Below, piece after piece: positions 8,516 through 17,508 of a stretch of 64,000 bases of DNA. A program made the position numbers and the translations under genes. The stretch is from Halorussus marinus (GTDB lineage: Archaea; Halobacteriota; Halobacteria; Halobacteriales; Haladaptataceae). The DNA lies in assembly GCF_004765795.1 (NCBI RefSeq), contig NZ_SBIV01000002.1, forward strand, positions 310,001 to 374,000, read 5' to 3'. The notes beneath the pieces were generated by a model that saw only the letters and a list, made by a program, of their open reading frames with translations, was not told the origin of the DNA and did not search any database. How positions within the stretch are numbered: position 1 is the stretch's first letter; the number at the start of each line of letters is the position of its first letter.

Positions 8516-11194
8516 TCAGTCGCCCGCGGCCGGCGTCTCCTCCCGGAGCGCCGTCGCGACGCCCGAGTACCGCGACCACAGCACCAGCAGGCTCGGGAGG
8601 ACGACCACGCTGGAGACGAACGCGAACGCGATCGAGGTGCCGGTCACCAGCCCGAACCGCTGGAGGGAGGGGACCAGCGCGAGCAACAGCACGCCGAACC
8701 CCGCGGCGGTCGTGACCGCGCTCGCGAGCAACGCGCCGCCGGTCCCCGCGACCGTGGTTTCGAGCGCGGCGACCGCCGAGGGCGCGCCCCCGAGTTCGTC
8801 GAGGAAGCGCTCGCTGATGTGGACCGCGTAGTCGACCCCGATGCCGATGGCGATGCCCGCGATGATCGCGGTCTCGCTGTTGAACGAGATGTCGAGGAGG
8901 TACATCACCCCGAGAATCCAGCTCAGCGCGAACACGACCGGCACCATCGTGATCGCGCCGAGCGCGAGGGTGCCGTACCGCCGGTAGAAGATCGTCGTGA
9001 GGAACGCGACGATGACCCCGAGCGTGATGAGGAACGTCTCGACCAGCGTCCGGAGCAGTCCCCGCTGGACCAGTTCGGTCACGATCGGCTGGCCGGTCGC
9101 GGTGACCCGGAGGTCGGTGTCGGCCTCGACGGCGGCGGCCGCCGCCCGCATCTCGTCGGTCACGACGCCGGTGTCCGAGCCGCCCCGGATCGAGACCGAG
9201 AGCCTGAGCGCGCGGTACTCGCAGTCGGCTCGCGACTCCGCCGCTCGACCGTCCCGTTGTGTCTCGGACCCAACGCACTCGCGCTGAATGACGGCGGCGG
9301 CCTCCTGAGGAGCCGCCGCGTACACCGCGTCGTACACCGCCGCGAGGTTCCGATCGGGGACCCCGTCGCCGTCGTCGTCGTTCTCGGCGACGACGGCCGC
9401 GACCGTCTCGTTGGCTGGCGCGGTGCGTTCGAGCAGCGCCAGCGGGCCGTCGACGCTCGGCCGACCGTTCCCGAGCGTGACGGCGGTCGAGCTGTCGGCG
9501 ACCGACGCCCGGCCCGCCGCGAGCCGGTCGAGGGTGTCGGGCGAGGTGACCGGCCCCTCGACGAGGATCTCGGCCTGCGAGGCGTCGCGGGTCTGGACGA
9601 ACGCGTCGTTGAGGAAGACGACGTTCTCCCGGAGTTCGTAGTCGCCCGGCCGGAACGGCTCGGGGAGCGAGTCCGTCCACTCGGGGGAGTCCCGAGGCAG
9701 GAAGTCGACCTGATTCAGCGAGGTGTCGATGTCGGTCGCGGCGTAGCCGCCCCCGGCGCTCACCACCAGCGCGATCGCGACGACCGCGATCGGGGCGCGG
9801 CGCGCGACGGTCGTCCCGAGCCCGAGCACGCGGTTGATCCGCGTCTCGCCGGTCCCGAACGCCGACCGGCGGCGGTCGAGGCCGACCCGCTCGAGAAGGC
9901 CGTCGAGTTCGAGCTTGAGCGCCGGGACGAGCGCCGCGAACACGACGAACGCCGAGACGATCCCGACCGCGCTCACCAGCCCGAACTCCCGGATCGAGCC
10001 GATCGGGCTCACGAGGTTCGAGAGGAACCCGACCGCGGTGGTGAACGTCGTCGCCGCGAGCGCGACCGCCACGCCCGCGAGCCCCGTCCGCATCGCCGCG
10101 GCGGGCGACCGGTCGGACGCGTCGGCGGCCGATCCCGGCCCGTCGGTCTCCTCGCGGGCCTCGCGATACCGCATCACGACGTGGAGCGCATAGTCGATCG
10201 AGAGCCCGATGAGGAGGAACGGCACCGCGATGAGGATCTGGGTGACGCCGATCCCGGCCCACCCCATGAACCCGCCCATCCAGACGAGGACGAGGAGGGT
10301 CCCGAACAGGCCAAGCGCCACGTCGAAGGGGTCGCGGTACGCGACGAACAGCACGACGAGCACGATGGCGAACGCGACGGGCGTGATGAGCGCGAAGCTC
10401 TCGCCGGTGGCCTGCCCGGACACCTCGTCGACGATGCCGGCGCCGAAGACGAACGAGTCGGTCGATTCGACGGTCTCCTCGGCGAGGTCGCGGGTGGCGA
10501 GCTGGCCGGCCACCACGTCGTCTGACAGCGAGTCCCCGCCGGACTCGGCGGTCTGGAACACGAACAGCACGCGGGCGGTGGCGGTCGTGCTCCCGGGCTC
10601 GTAGTCGGTCGCGACCAGCGAGAAGGGGTCGGTCGGTCCCGACGCGGGCCGGTCGGGGTCGAGGACCGCGAGCACCGCGCGCTCGACCTCGGCCTCGGAC
10701 ATCGACTCCAGTTGGGCGAGCTGTTCGTCGAGCGTCGGCGGGCCGGCGGCCGCCCGGGCGTCGGCGCCGGTCGCGTTCGACTCGGTGCGGTTCCCGGCGG
10801 AGTCGGCCCGCTCTCCTCGGAGCGCCTCGACGGCGACGAGGTTCGACAACCCGGCGGTCGGCGCCTCCGTCCGGAGGGTGGCGTTCACCGTCTCGTTCGC
10901 CCGGAGGCGCTGTTGGAGCCGGAGCGTCTCGATCAGCGACTGCTTCGAGAGCACGTCGTCGCCCCGGACCACCACCTGCATCGCGGTCGCGTTCGTCTCG
11001 CCGGTCGAGAAGTTCTCCCGGACGTACTCGAGCTTCTGGGCCTCGGTCGAGTCGCCGCCGAAGCTCGCGATCGTCAGACCGCCCTCGATGCCGCCGGCGC
11101 CGTAGCCGACGACGGCGGTGGCGACGAGCAACACCGCGATCACCAGTTTGCTGTGGCGCGCGATCGCGCCGGCGTACCGTTCGGCGAGGTCCAT
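8516..11194 (-). CDS. RND/MMPL-family transporter
   Basis: Two TM repeats with GLSIDYALH and GIGVDYAVH motifs and large extracellular loops. Confidence 0.9.
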   Translation of the reverse strand: MDLAERYAGAIARHSKLVIAVLLVATAVVGYGAGGIEGGLTIASFGGDSTEAQKLEYVRENFSTGETNATAMQVVVRGDDVLSKQSLIETLRLQQRLRANETVNATLRTEAPTAGLSNLVAVEALRGERADSAGNRTESNATGADARAAAGPPTLDEQLAQLESMSEAEVERAVLAVLDPDRPASGPTDPFSLVATDYEPGSTTATARVLFVFQTAESGGDSLSDDVVAGQLATRDLAEETVESTDSFVFGAGIVDEVSGQATGESFALITPVAFAIVLVVLFVAYRDPFDVALGLFGTLLVLVWMGGFMGWAGIGVTQILIAVPFLLIGLSIDYALHVVMRYREAREETDGPGSAADASDRSPAAAMRTGLAGVAVALAATTFTTAVGFLSNLVSPIGSIREFGLVSAVGIVSAFVVFAALVPALKLELDGLLERVGLDRRRSAFGTGETRINRVLGLGTTVARRAPIAVVAIALVVSAGGGYAATDIDTSLNQVDFLPRDSPEWTDSLPEPFRPGDYELRENVVFLNDAFVQTRDASQAEILVEGPVTSPDTLDRLAAGRASVADSSTAVTLGNGRPSVDGPLALLERTAPANETVAAVVAENDDDGDGVPDRNLAAVYDAVYAAAPQEAAAVIQRECVGSETQRDGRAAESRADCEYRALRLSVSIRGGSDTGVVTDEMRAAAAAVEADTDLRVTATGQPIVTELVQRGLLRTLVETFLITLGVIVAFLTTIFYRRYGTLALGAITMVPVVFALSWILGVMYLLDISFNSETAIIAGIAIGIGVDYAVHISERFLDELGGAPSAVAALETTVAGTGGALLASAVTTAAGFGVLLLALVPSLQRFGLVTGTSIAFAFVSSVVVLPSLLVLWSRYSGVATALREETPAAGD

Positions 11195-11229
11195 CTCTAC
11201 CCGTCCAATCGGCCCGCTATTATAAAAGG

Positions 11230-11245
11230 TTGTAGAAATATACAA
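11230..11245. promoter_or_regulatory. Candidate operator TTGTA-N6-TACAA beside the MMPL TATA box
   Basis: Perfect 5-bp inverted repeat adjacent to TTTTATAA (minus strand, 11220-11227) in the divergent MMPL/TrmB intergenic region. Confidence 0.45.
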
Positions 11246-11324
11246 TAGCCGTGACGCTCCGAGCGCCCGGCCGCGACGCCACTCGAAACCACTTACTGCC
11301 GGGAGCCTCTCTCTCCCGACTGGA

Positions 11325-12101
11325 ATGAGCGCACACGACGCGGTGGCGGCGCTGAAGCAACTCGGCCTGTCGAACTACGAGGCGAGGGTGTTCGTGGCGC
11401 TCCAGCGGCTCGGCACCGGGACCACCCAGGAGGTGAGCGAGACCTCCGAGGTCCCCCGATCGCAGGTGTACGGCGCGGCCGACGACCTCGCCGAGCGGGG
11501 GCTGGTGGAGGTGGTCGAGTCCTCGCCAAAGCGCTACCGCCCGGTGAGCCTCGACGCGGCGCGCGAACAGCTCCGGAGCCGGATCGAACGCGAGCACGAA
11601 CGGGCGTTCGAGAACCTCGAATCGGTGCGCAACGAGCGCGCCGACCGGACCGACGAGGGCGACGTCTCGACGCTCCACGGGCGCCACGCGGTCCACGAGC
11701 GCGTCGCGGCGCTGGTCGAGCGCGCGAGCGAGCAGGTCGTGTTGATCGCGGGCGACGCCGACCTGCTCTCGGAGGACGTCGAGGCCGCGCTCCGCGAGCG
11801 AGCCGCCGCCGGGGTCCCGGTCGTGGTGGTCACGCAGGAACGGGCGGTCGAACGGCGGTTCGCCGACGCCCCGGTCCGGGTCGTGGTGGCGCCCCCGGAT
11901 CGGACGCGGGGGTTCACCGGGCGGACGCTCCTCGTCGACGACGCCACCGTCCTGCTGTCGGTCCGGACCGACGACGGGGGCGAGCCGTTCGAGGAGACGG
12001 CGCTCTGGACCGCAGACACCAGAATCGGACGCATTCTCGCGGAGTTCATCCACGCCGGGATGCAGTCCGGGTTCGAGGGCGAGTACCCCGGCGCCGAGTA
12101 G
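11325..12101 (+). CDS. TrmB-family transcriptional regulator
   Basis: LGLSNYEARVF...VPRSQVYGAADDL N-terminal wHTH typical of TrmB. Confidence 0.92.
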   Translation: MSAHDAVAALKQLGLSNYEARVFVALQRLGTGTTQEVSETSEVPRSQVYGAADDLAERGLVEVVESSPKRYRPVSLDAAREQLRSRIEREHERAFENLESVRNERADRTDEGDVSTLHGRHAVHERVAALVERASEQVVLIAGDADLLSEDVEAALRERAAAGVPVVVVTQERAVERRFADAPVRVVVAPPDRTRGFTGRTLLVDDATVLLSVRTDDGGEPFEETALWTADTRIGRILAEFIHAGMQSGFEGEYPGAE

Positions 12102-12169
12102 TTACCGCGGGTGAGACGAGACGCGCGGACGGGCCGGCGTCGCCTCGAAAACGAGTCAGCGACGATCGG

Positions 12170-12451
12170 TCACTCCGCGCACGTCTGGGCGTCGGCCGCC
12201 TCCGGCGCGGTCTCTTGGCTCACGTCGATCTCGTAGAGGTTCTGTCGTGCGTCGGCGAAGTAGACGTCCTCCTGTACGACCTCGAGCTCTTCGAGCCGTT
12301 CGAGGGCGTAGCGGACGGTTCGAGCCGACAGCATCGACTCCTCGACGATCTGTTTCTGGGTCAGCGCGCCCTTGTACTCGAGCACCTTGAAAACCAGCTT
12401 CGCACTCGGCGGAAGTTCGTCGATGTCCTCTCGCTCGGACTGGGATACCAT
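12170..12451 (-). CDS. Small wHTH (MarR/Lrs14-like) DNA-binding protein
   Basis: LPPSAKLVFKVLEY..LTQKQIVEESMLSARTVRYAL..DARQNLY. Confidence 0.88.
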   Translation of the reverse strand: MVSQSEREDIDELPPSAKLVFKVLEYKGALTQKQIVEESMLSARTVRYALERLEELEVVQEDVYFADARQNLYEIDVSQETAPEAADAQTCAE

Positions 12452-12637
12452 CATTACGTTTCGAAACACGCGAATGCCATAAAAGTATTGAGAACGACCC
12501 GCACGGATCGTCGCCTCGACACGGTAAAAAGGTTCGGGGCGTAGGGCGCCAGCGACCGGAAGAAGCCCCGCGATAGCAGTCCCGGTCCGCCGGTAGCATG
12601 GCGTAGCGGTCGGAGACTGTGGTGGGGCGGTGCCGAG

Positions 12638-12763
12638 GCGGATGCGGGGTAGTGCAGGGCGGATGCGGGGCAGTGCGGGACGGTTGCGGGGCAGTGCAGG
12701 GCGGATGCGGGGCAGTGCGGGACGGTTGCGGGGCAGTGCAGAGCGGATGCGGGGCAGTGCGGG
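12638..12763. repeat. 21-bp tandem repeat, 6 units, alternating A/B (42-bp higher order)
   Basis: Units gcggatgcggggcagtgcggg and acggttgcggggcagtgcagg alternate with few substitutions. Confidence 0.95.
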
Positions 12764-12808
12764 ACGGTGCTGAGGCGGTTGCCGTGCAGTCGCGCACCGG
12801 CTATCGTC

Positions 12809-12930
12809 CCGCGAGCGAGGGCGAAGCCCGAGCGAGCGGCCCAAGGGCCGACCAACGGGAGGCCCGAAGGGTTTTGATCGAGCTTTTGCAAGGGCGCGGC
12901 GCTCGTGGCGCGCCCGAAGCAAAAGGTCGT
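12809..12930 (+). repeat. Intergenic palindromic (REP-like) element with three hairpins
   Basis: CCGC-GA-GC-GA-GGGC-GAA-GCCC-GA-GC-GA-GCGG; GGGCC/GGCCC; TTTTGC..GGGCGCG/CGCGCCC..GCAAAA; similar to 46543-46660. Confidence 0.75.
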
Positions 12931-12974
12931 GGGGAAAGGCTGGGTTTTTCAAGACGCGTCCCCCATTCACCCGT

Positions 12975-13277
12975 ATGGCTACCGCATCCGAACGGCGGGC
13001 CTCTCATCTCCGCGGGGTGACGGTGACGGCCGTCGCCACGCTCGCGGGCGTCGTCGCGGCGTTCGTCTCCGCGACGGTCCTCGGGATGGAGGCGACAGAC
13101 ACGCTAGGGCTGGGCATCGTGGGCGCGCTCGTCGTCGCCCAGTACCCGGTCCTGAAAGTGCTGGGCATCGACGTGGGGGACTTCTCCACCAAAGACCACC
13201 TCTACGTGGTGTTCATGACGTTCTCGCTCTGGTTCGTGAGCTGGACCATCCTGCTGACCAACAACGTCACCTTCTAG
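12975..13277 (+). CDS. Small membrane protein (EMC6-like)
   Basis: 100 aa, three TM segments, KDHLYVVFMTFSLWFVSWTILL; directly upstream of ABCE1. Confidence 0.8.
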   Translation: MATASERRASHLRGVTVTAVATLAGVVAAFVSATVLGMEATDTLGLGIVGALVVAQYPVLKVLGIDVGDFSTKDHLYVVFMTFSLWFVSWTILLTNNVTF

Positions 13278-13278
13278 C

Positions 13279-15093
13279 ATGGCCGACGACAGCATCGCCG
13301 TCGTAGACCTCGAACGGTGTCAACCCGATCGCTGTAGCTACGAGTGCAAGAACTACTGTCCGCCGAACCGGACGGGCAAGGAGTGCATCACGCTCCGGGG
13401 CGAGGACGCCGAGGAGGGCCAGCCCGATCAGGTCCACATCAGCGAGGAGATCTGTCTGGGCGAGACCTGCGGCATCTGCGTCGAGAAGTGCCCGTTCGAC
13501 GCCATCGAGATCATCAACCTCCCCCAAGAGCTTCAGGACGAGCCGGTCCACCGCTACGGCGAGAACGCCTTCTCGCTGTACGGCCTGCCGGTCCCTATCG
13601 AGGGACAGGTCACGGGCATCCTCGGGCCGAACGGCATCGGGAAGACGACCGCGGTCCGGATTCTGGCGGGCGAACTCGCGCCCAACCTCGGCGACCACGC
13701 CGACCCGCCGGGCTGGGAGGCGGTGCTCGATGCCTACCGCGGGACCGAGCTTCAGGACTACCTCACCGCGGTCCGGGACGGCGACGTGACCGTCGCGCGA
13801 AAGCCCCAGTACGTCGACAAGATCCCCGATCAGTTCGACGGCCCCACCGCGGAGCTACTGGAGAACACCGACGAGCGAGGCGTGCTCGACGACCTGCTCG
13901 AACGCCTCGAGATCGAGCACGTCATGGATCAGGACATCGACAGCCTCTCGGGCGGGGAGCTCCAGCGGGTCGCGCTGGTGGCGTGTCTGGCCCGCGAGGC
14001 CGACTTCTACTTCGTCGACGAGATCACGCCGTACCTCGACATCAGCCAGCGGGTGGCGGCCGCCCGACTGATTCAGGAGATGGCCAACGAGCACGGCAAG
14101 TCGATGCTGGTCGTCGAACACGACCTCGCCATCCTCGATCTGGTCGCCGACAACCTCCACGTCGCGTACGGTGAGCCCGGCGCGTACGGGGTCATCACCG
14201 ACCCCAAGTCGGTCCGGAACGGCATCAACGAGTACCTCAAGGGGTATCTCGACAACGAGAACATGCGCATCCGGCCCGACCCCATCGAGTTCGAGGAGCA
14301 CGCGCCCCGGCAGGTGAGTCGCGCCGACACCCTCGTGGAGTACCCCGACCTCCGCAAGTCCTACGGCGACGGCGAGTTCAGCCTCGACGTCGAGGGCGGG
14401 GCGATCCGAGAGAACGAAGTGCTGGGGATCGTCGGCCCGAACGGCATCGGCAAGTCGACGTTCGCGAAGCTGTTGGCGGGCCGGCTCGAACCGGACGGAG
14501 ACGCGCTCGATTTCAGCCTCGACATCGCCTACAAGCCCCAGTACATCGAGATCGACCAGCCGATGCGGGTCGACGCGTTCATGCGCTCGATCACCGACCG
14601 GGTCGGCTCCTCCTACTGGGAGACCGAGATCGCCAAGCCGCTCCAGCTCGATCGCATCATGGAGCAGAACCTCACCGACCTCTCGGGCGGCGAGCGCCAG
14701 CGGGTCGCGATCGCGGCCTGCCTGTCGAAGTCGGCCGACCTCTACCTGCTCGACGAGCCCTCGGCGTACCTCGACGTCGAACAGCGGGTGCGAGCGACCA
14801 CCGCCATCCGGCGGTTCGCCGAACAGCAGGACGCCACCGTGCTGGTGGTCGACCACGACATCTACATGATCGACCTGCTCGCCGACCGACTGATGGTCTT
14901 CGACGGCGAGCCGGCGGTCCGGGGTCGTGCGAGCGCGCCAACCGGGATGCGTGCGGGGATGAACGACTTCCTCTCGAACCTCGACGTCACGTTCCGCCGC
15001 GACGAGAACGTCGGTCGCCCGCGCATCAACAAGCCGGGGAGCCAGCTCGACCGCGAGCAGAAAAAGCAGGGCGAGTACTACTACGCGCCCTGA
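13279..15093 (+). CDS. rli: ABCE1/RLI ribosome recycling ATPase
   Basis: N-terminal 2x[4Fe-4S] Cys motifs, two GPNGIGK Walker A motifs, LSGGE signatures, C-terminal GEYYY. Confidence 0.97.
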   Translation: MADDSIAVVDLERCQPDRCSYECKNYCPPNRTGKECITLRGEDAEEGQPDQVHISEEICLGETCGICVEKCPFDAIEIINLPQELQDEPVHRYGENAFSLYGLPVPIEGQVTGILGPNGIGKTTAVRILAGELAPNLGDHADPPGWEAVLDAYRGTELQDYLTAVRDGDVTVARKPQYVDKIPDQFDGPTAELLENTDERGVLDDLLERLEIEHVMDQDIDSLSGGELQRVALVACLAREADFYFVDEITPYLDISQRVAAARLIQEMANEHGKSMLVVEHDLAILDLVADNLHVAYGEPGAYGVITDPKSVRNGINEYLKGYLDNENMRIRPDPIEFEEHAPRQVSRADTLVEYPDLRKSYGDGEFSLDVEGGAIRENEVLGIVGPNGIGKSTFAKLLAGRLEPDGDALDFSLDIAYKPQYIEIDQPMRVDAFMRSITDRVGSSYWETEIAKPLQLDRIMEQNLTDLSGGERQRVAIAACLSKSADLYLLDEPSAYLDVEQRVRATTAIRRFAEQQDATVLVVDHDIYMIDLLADRLMVFDGEPAVRGRASAPTGMRAGMNDFLSNLDVTFRRDENVGRPRINKPGSQLDREQKKQGEYYYAP

Positions 15094-15166
15094 ACGGCGG
15101 CCGACCGATTCCGACCCCGACCGGAGAACCGAATGATTTTCGTCGGCGCACGCTTAGGCCCACGCA

Positions 15167-16489
15167 GTGACACCGCTCCTCCCCGCGTGGTTCGGGACCG
15201 GCCACGAACGCCGCGCGAAGCTGTTCGCGTGTCTCGCGGTCGTCTGCCTCGCGATCGCGACCGTCGGCGTGCTGGCCGCTCCGTCCCATCCGCGTCTCGC
15301 CACCGACCACGAACGCCCCGAGAACAACACGCTCATCGCTCTCCAGGGGTACCAGGACGACGGGCGGGCGATCGAAGTCGCGCCCGACGGCGAGATCGTC
15401 TGGGAGTACGACGGGACCGACGACGTGTTCGACCTCGAAGAGCTCGGCCCCGGCCGGGTCCAGATCTCGACCGCCGACGAGATTCCCGACGCTCGGTGTC
15501 CCGAGCGGTACCGAAACGACGGGCACGCCAACTGCGTGCGCAACAGCCTCAAGATCGTCGAGCAATCGACCAACGAGACTCGCTGGGAGTACGCGTGGTA
15601 CGACGTCGAACTCCACGAGCACGAGCTCCACGACGCCGACCACTACACGACCGAGGACGGCGAGGACCGCTGGGTGATGGTCGACATGGGCAACGACCGC
15701 GTGTTCGCGGTCGATCGGGACAAGGAGATCGTCTGGGAGTGGAACGCCACCGACGACTACGAGATGCCCGACGGGATGGGCCCGGAGGCCGACTGGACCC
15801 ACGTCAACGACGTCGATCGGATCGAGCCCGGCGTGTTCCAGATCAGCCTCCGGAACTTCGACACCGTGGCCGAGCTCCGCGTCGCCGACGACGGCTCGGT
15901 GAGCCTCCGGCCGGTCGTCGGGCCGAACAGCTTCGAGGGCGGCGAGGGGCCGCTGTACGAGCAACACAACCCCGACAGGCTGGCAGACGACCACCTGCTG
16001 ATCGCCGACAGCGAGCAGGACCGCATCGTCGAGTTGAACGCCGACGGCGAGATCGTCTGGACGTTCGGCGGGAGCGGCACCCTCCAGTGGCCCCGGGACG
16101 CCGACCGGCTGTCGAACGGCCACACGCTGATCACCGACTCGTACAACGAGCGCGTCCTCGAGATCGACGAGAACGGCGACGTGGTCTGGGAGGTGACGAC
16201 CGGCACGCTCCCCTACGAGGCCGACCGACTGCCGGGCGAGGGGAGCGCCGACCGCCCGACCGCCGACGAGGCCGGACTCGCCGACGCGGGCGACCCCGGG
16301 AACGTCGTCGAGAAGTATCTGGGGTACGCGACCGCTATCTCGAAGTACGTGTTGCCAAACGGCGTGGGCGAGCAGTTCGTCCCGTTACTCGGGGGCGCGC
16401 TCGCACTGCTCGGCGCGGCGATAGAAGGCGTCAGGTGGCGGTCGAACGGGCGGCTCCGGGCGTGGCTCGCTCAGAGAACCGATCGCTGA
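15167..16489 (+). CDS. Membrane-anchored arylsulfotransferase-like beta-propeller protein
   Basis: Repeated GEIVWE blades, HDAD, WTHVNDVD, EQHNPD and WPRDADRL motifs; N- and C-terminal TM; start uncertain. Confidence 0.8.
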   Translation: MTPLLPAWFGTGHERRAKLFACLAVVCLAIATVGVLAAPSHPRLATDHERPENNTLIALQGYQDDGRAIEVAPDGEIVWEYDGTDDVFDLEELGPGRVQISTADEIPDARCPERYRNDGHANCVRNSLKIVEQSTNETRWEYAWYDVELHEHELHDADHYTTEDGEDRWVMVDMGNDRVFAVDRDKEIVWEWNATDDYEMPDGMGPEADWTHVNDVDRIEPGVFQISLRNFDTVAELRVADDGSVSLRPVVGPNSFEGGEGPLYEQHNPDRLADDHLLIADSEQDRIVELNADGEIVWTFGGSGTLQWPRDADRLSNGHTLITDSYNERVLEIDENGDVVWEVTTGTLPYEADRLPGEGSADRPTADEAGLADAGDPGNVVEKYLGYATAISKYVLPNGVGEQFVPLLGGALALLGAAIEGVRWRSNGRLRAWLAQRTDR

Positions 16490-16992
16490 CAGGAGCCACA
16501 GAGGTTCTCCTCTTTCACGTCGACCTCCCGGACGGTCGGCGAGAAGTTCATCACGCACCGCTTGTTGTCGCAGTGTTCGAGCCCCATGGTGTGGCCGATC
16601 TCGTGGACGACCTCCTTGCGGACCCTGTCCGAGAAGATCTCGCTTGCGCTCCGGTTCGAGAACCCGCCGTCGCTCGACGTCTGGAGCCGGTAGGTCGAGA
16701 TGACGCTCCCCTTGCCGTCGAGGTACGCCAGCCCGAACACGTAGTTTCGCCGGCGGTAGAAGAGGTCCTTGGGCGTGATGGCGATGTTCTTGTCGGCCGA
16801 TCCGATCCGGCCCGCGAGCTCGATGAACTCCTCGGCGCGGTACTGGTCGCGTTTCTCGTCGTGTGCCCCGGTGGGCACAGACTGGGAGTCGTGAATCGTG
16901 ACCTCACAGTCGTAGACCGACCGGAGGCCTGCCGAGGCCTGTCGTTTGACCTGCGCGGAAACGTCCCCGACCGGGACGACGTCGACGAGCAT
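16471..16992 (-). CDS. Archaemetzincin (M54) Zn metalloprotease
   Basis: HEIGHTMGLEHC..CVMNFS..LCGSC motif. Confidence 0.93.
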   Translation of the reverse strand: MLVDVVPVGDVSAQVKRQASAGLRSVYDCEVTIHDSQSVPTGAHDEKRDQYRAEEFIELAGRIGSADKNIAITPKDLFYRRRNYVFGLAYLDGKGSVISTYRLQTSSDGGFSNRSASEIFSDRVRKEVVHEIGHTMGLEHCDNKRCVMNFSPTVREVDVKEENLCGSCQRSVL

Positions 16993-17031
16993 GGGAAACA
17001 CTATGCGCGAGCAACTCATAAACTTCCCGCC

Positions 17032-17421
17032 GTGGAACCGCACACCCGCGACGCCATCGCCGCCCGCCTCTCGGAGTTCGAGGCGGTCGTCGAGGTGGGG
17101 ATCGGCCGTCGGACCGACGTCGCCCGGGCGCTGGCGACCGCGGGCGTCTCGGTCACCGCGACCGACGTGCGCGCTCGCGAGGTTCCCGACGGCGTCCGGT
17201 TCGTCGAGGACGACGTCTGGAACCCCGAGCCGGCGGTCTACCGGGACGCCGAGGCGGTGTACGCGCTGAACCTCCCGCCGGAGCTCCACCGGCCGACCCT
17301 CGACGCCGCCGAGCGCGCCGACGCCGCGTTCCTCTTCACCACGCTCGGCGGCGACCAGCCCGCGGTGCGGGTCGCCCGCGAGACGCTACCGGGCGAGACG
17401 CTGTACGTCGCCCGAGAGTAG
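17032..17421 (+). CDS. UPF0146-family protein
   Basis: VVEVGIG, DDV..P...Y..A..VYALNLPPELH, FTTLGGD. Confidence 0.85.
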   Translation: MEPHTRDAIAARLSEFEAVVEVGIGRRTDVARALATAGVSVTATDVRAREVPDGVRFVEDDVWNPEPAVYRDAEAVYALNLPPELHRPTLDAAERADAAFLFTTLGGDQPAVRVARETLPGETLYVARE

Positions 17422-17508
17422 CGACTCGTGGGCGAGGTTCGTTCGACGCGATCCCGTCGACGCTCGCGGGCGCGGACGTCTCGGTCGCGAGGCGCCCCGT
17501 CGGCGGAC

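Noticed and set aside
12638..12763. 21-bp repeats as a CRISPR array, or as repeat proteins (ORFs 12156-12797, 12454-12891, 12619-13020)
   Set aside because: Units are contiguous with no unique spacers, no cas genes are present, and the frames are open only because the repeat lacks stops.
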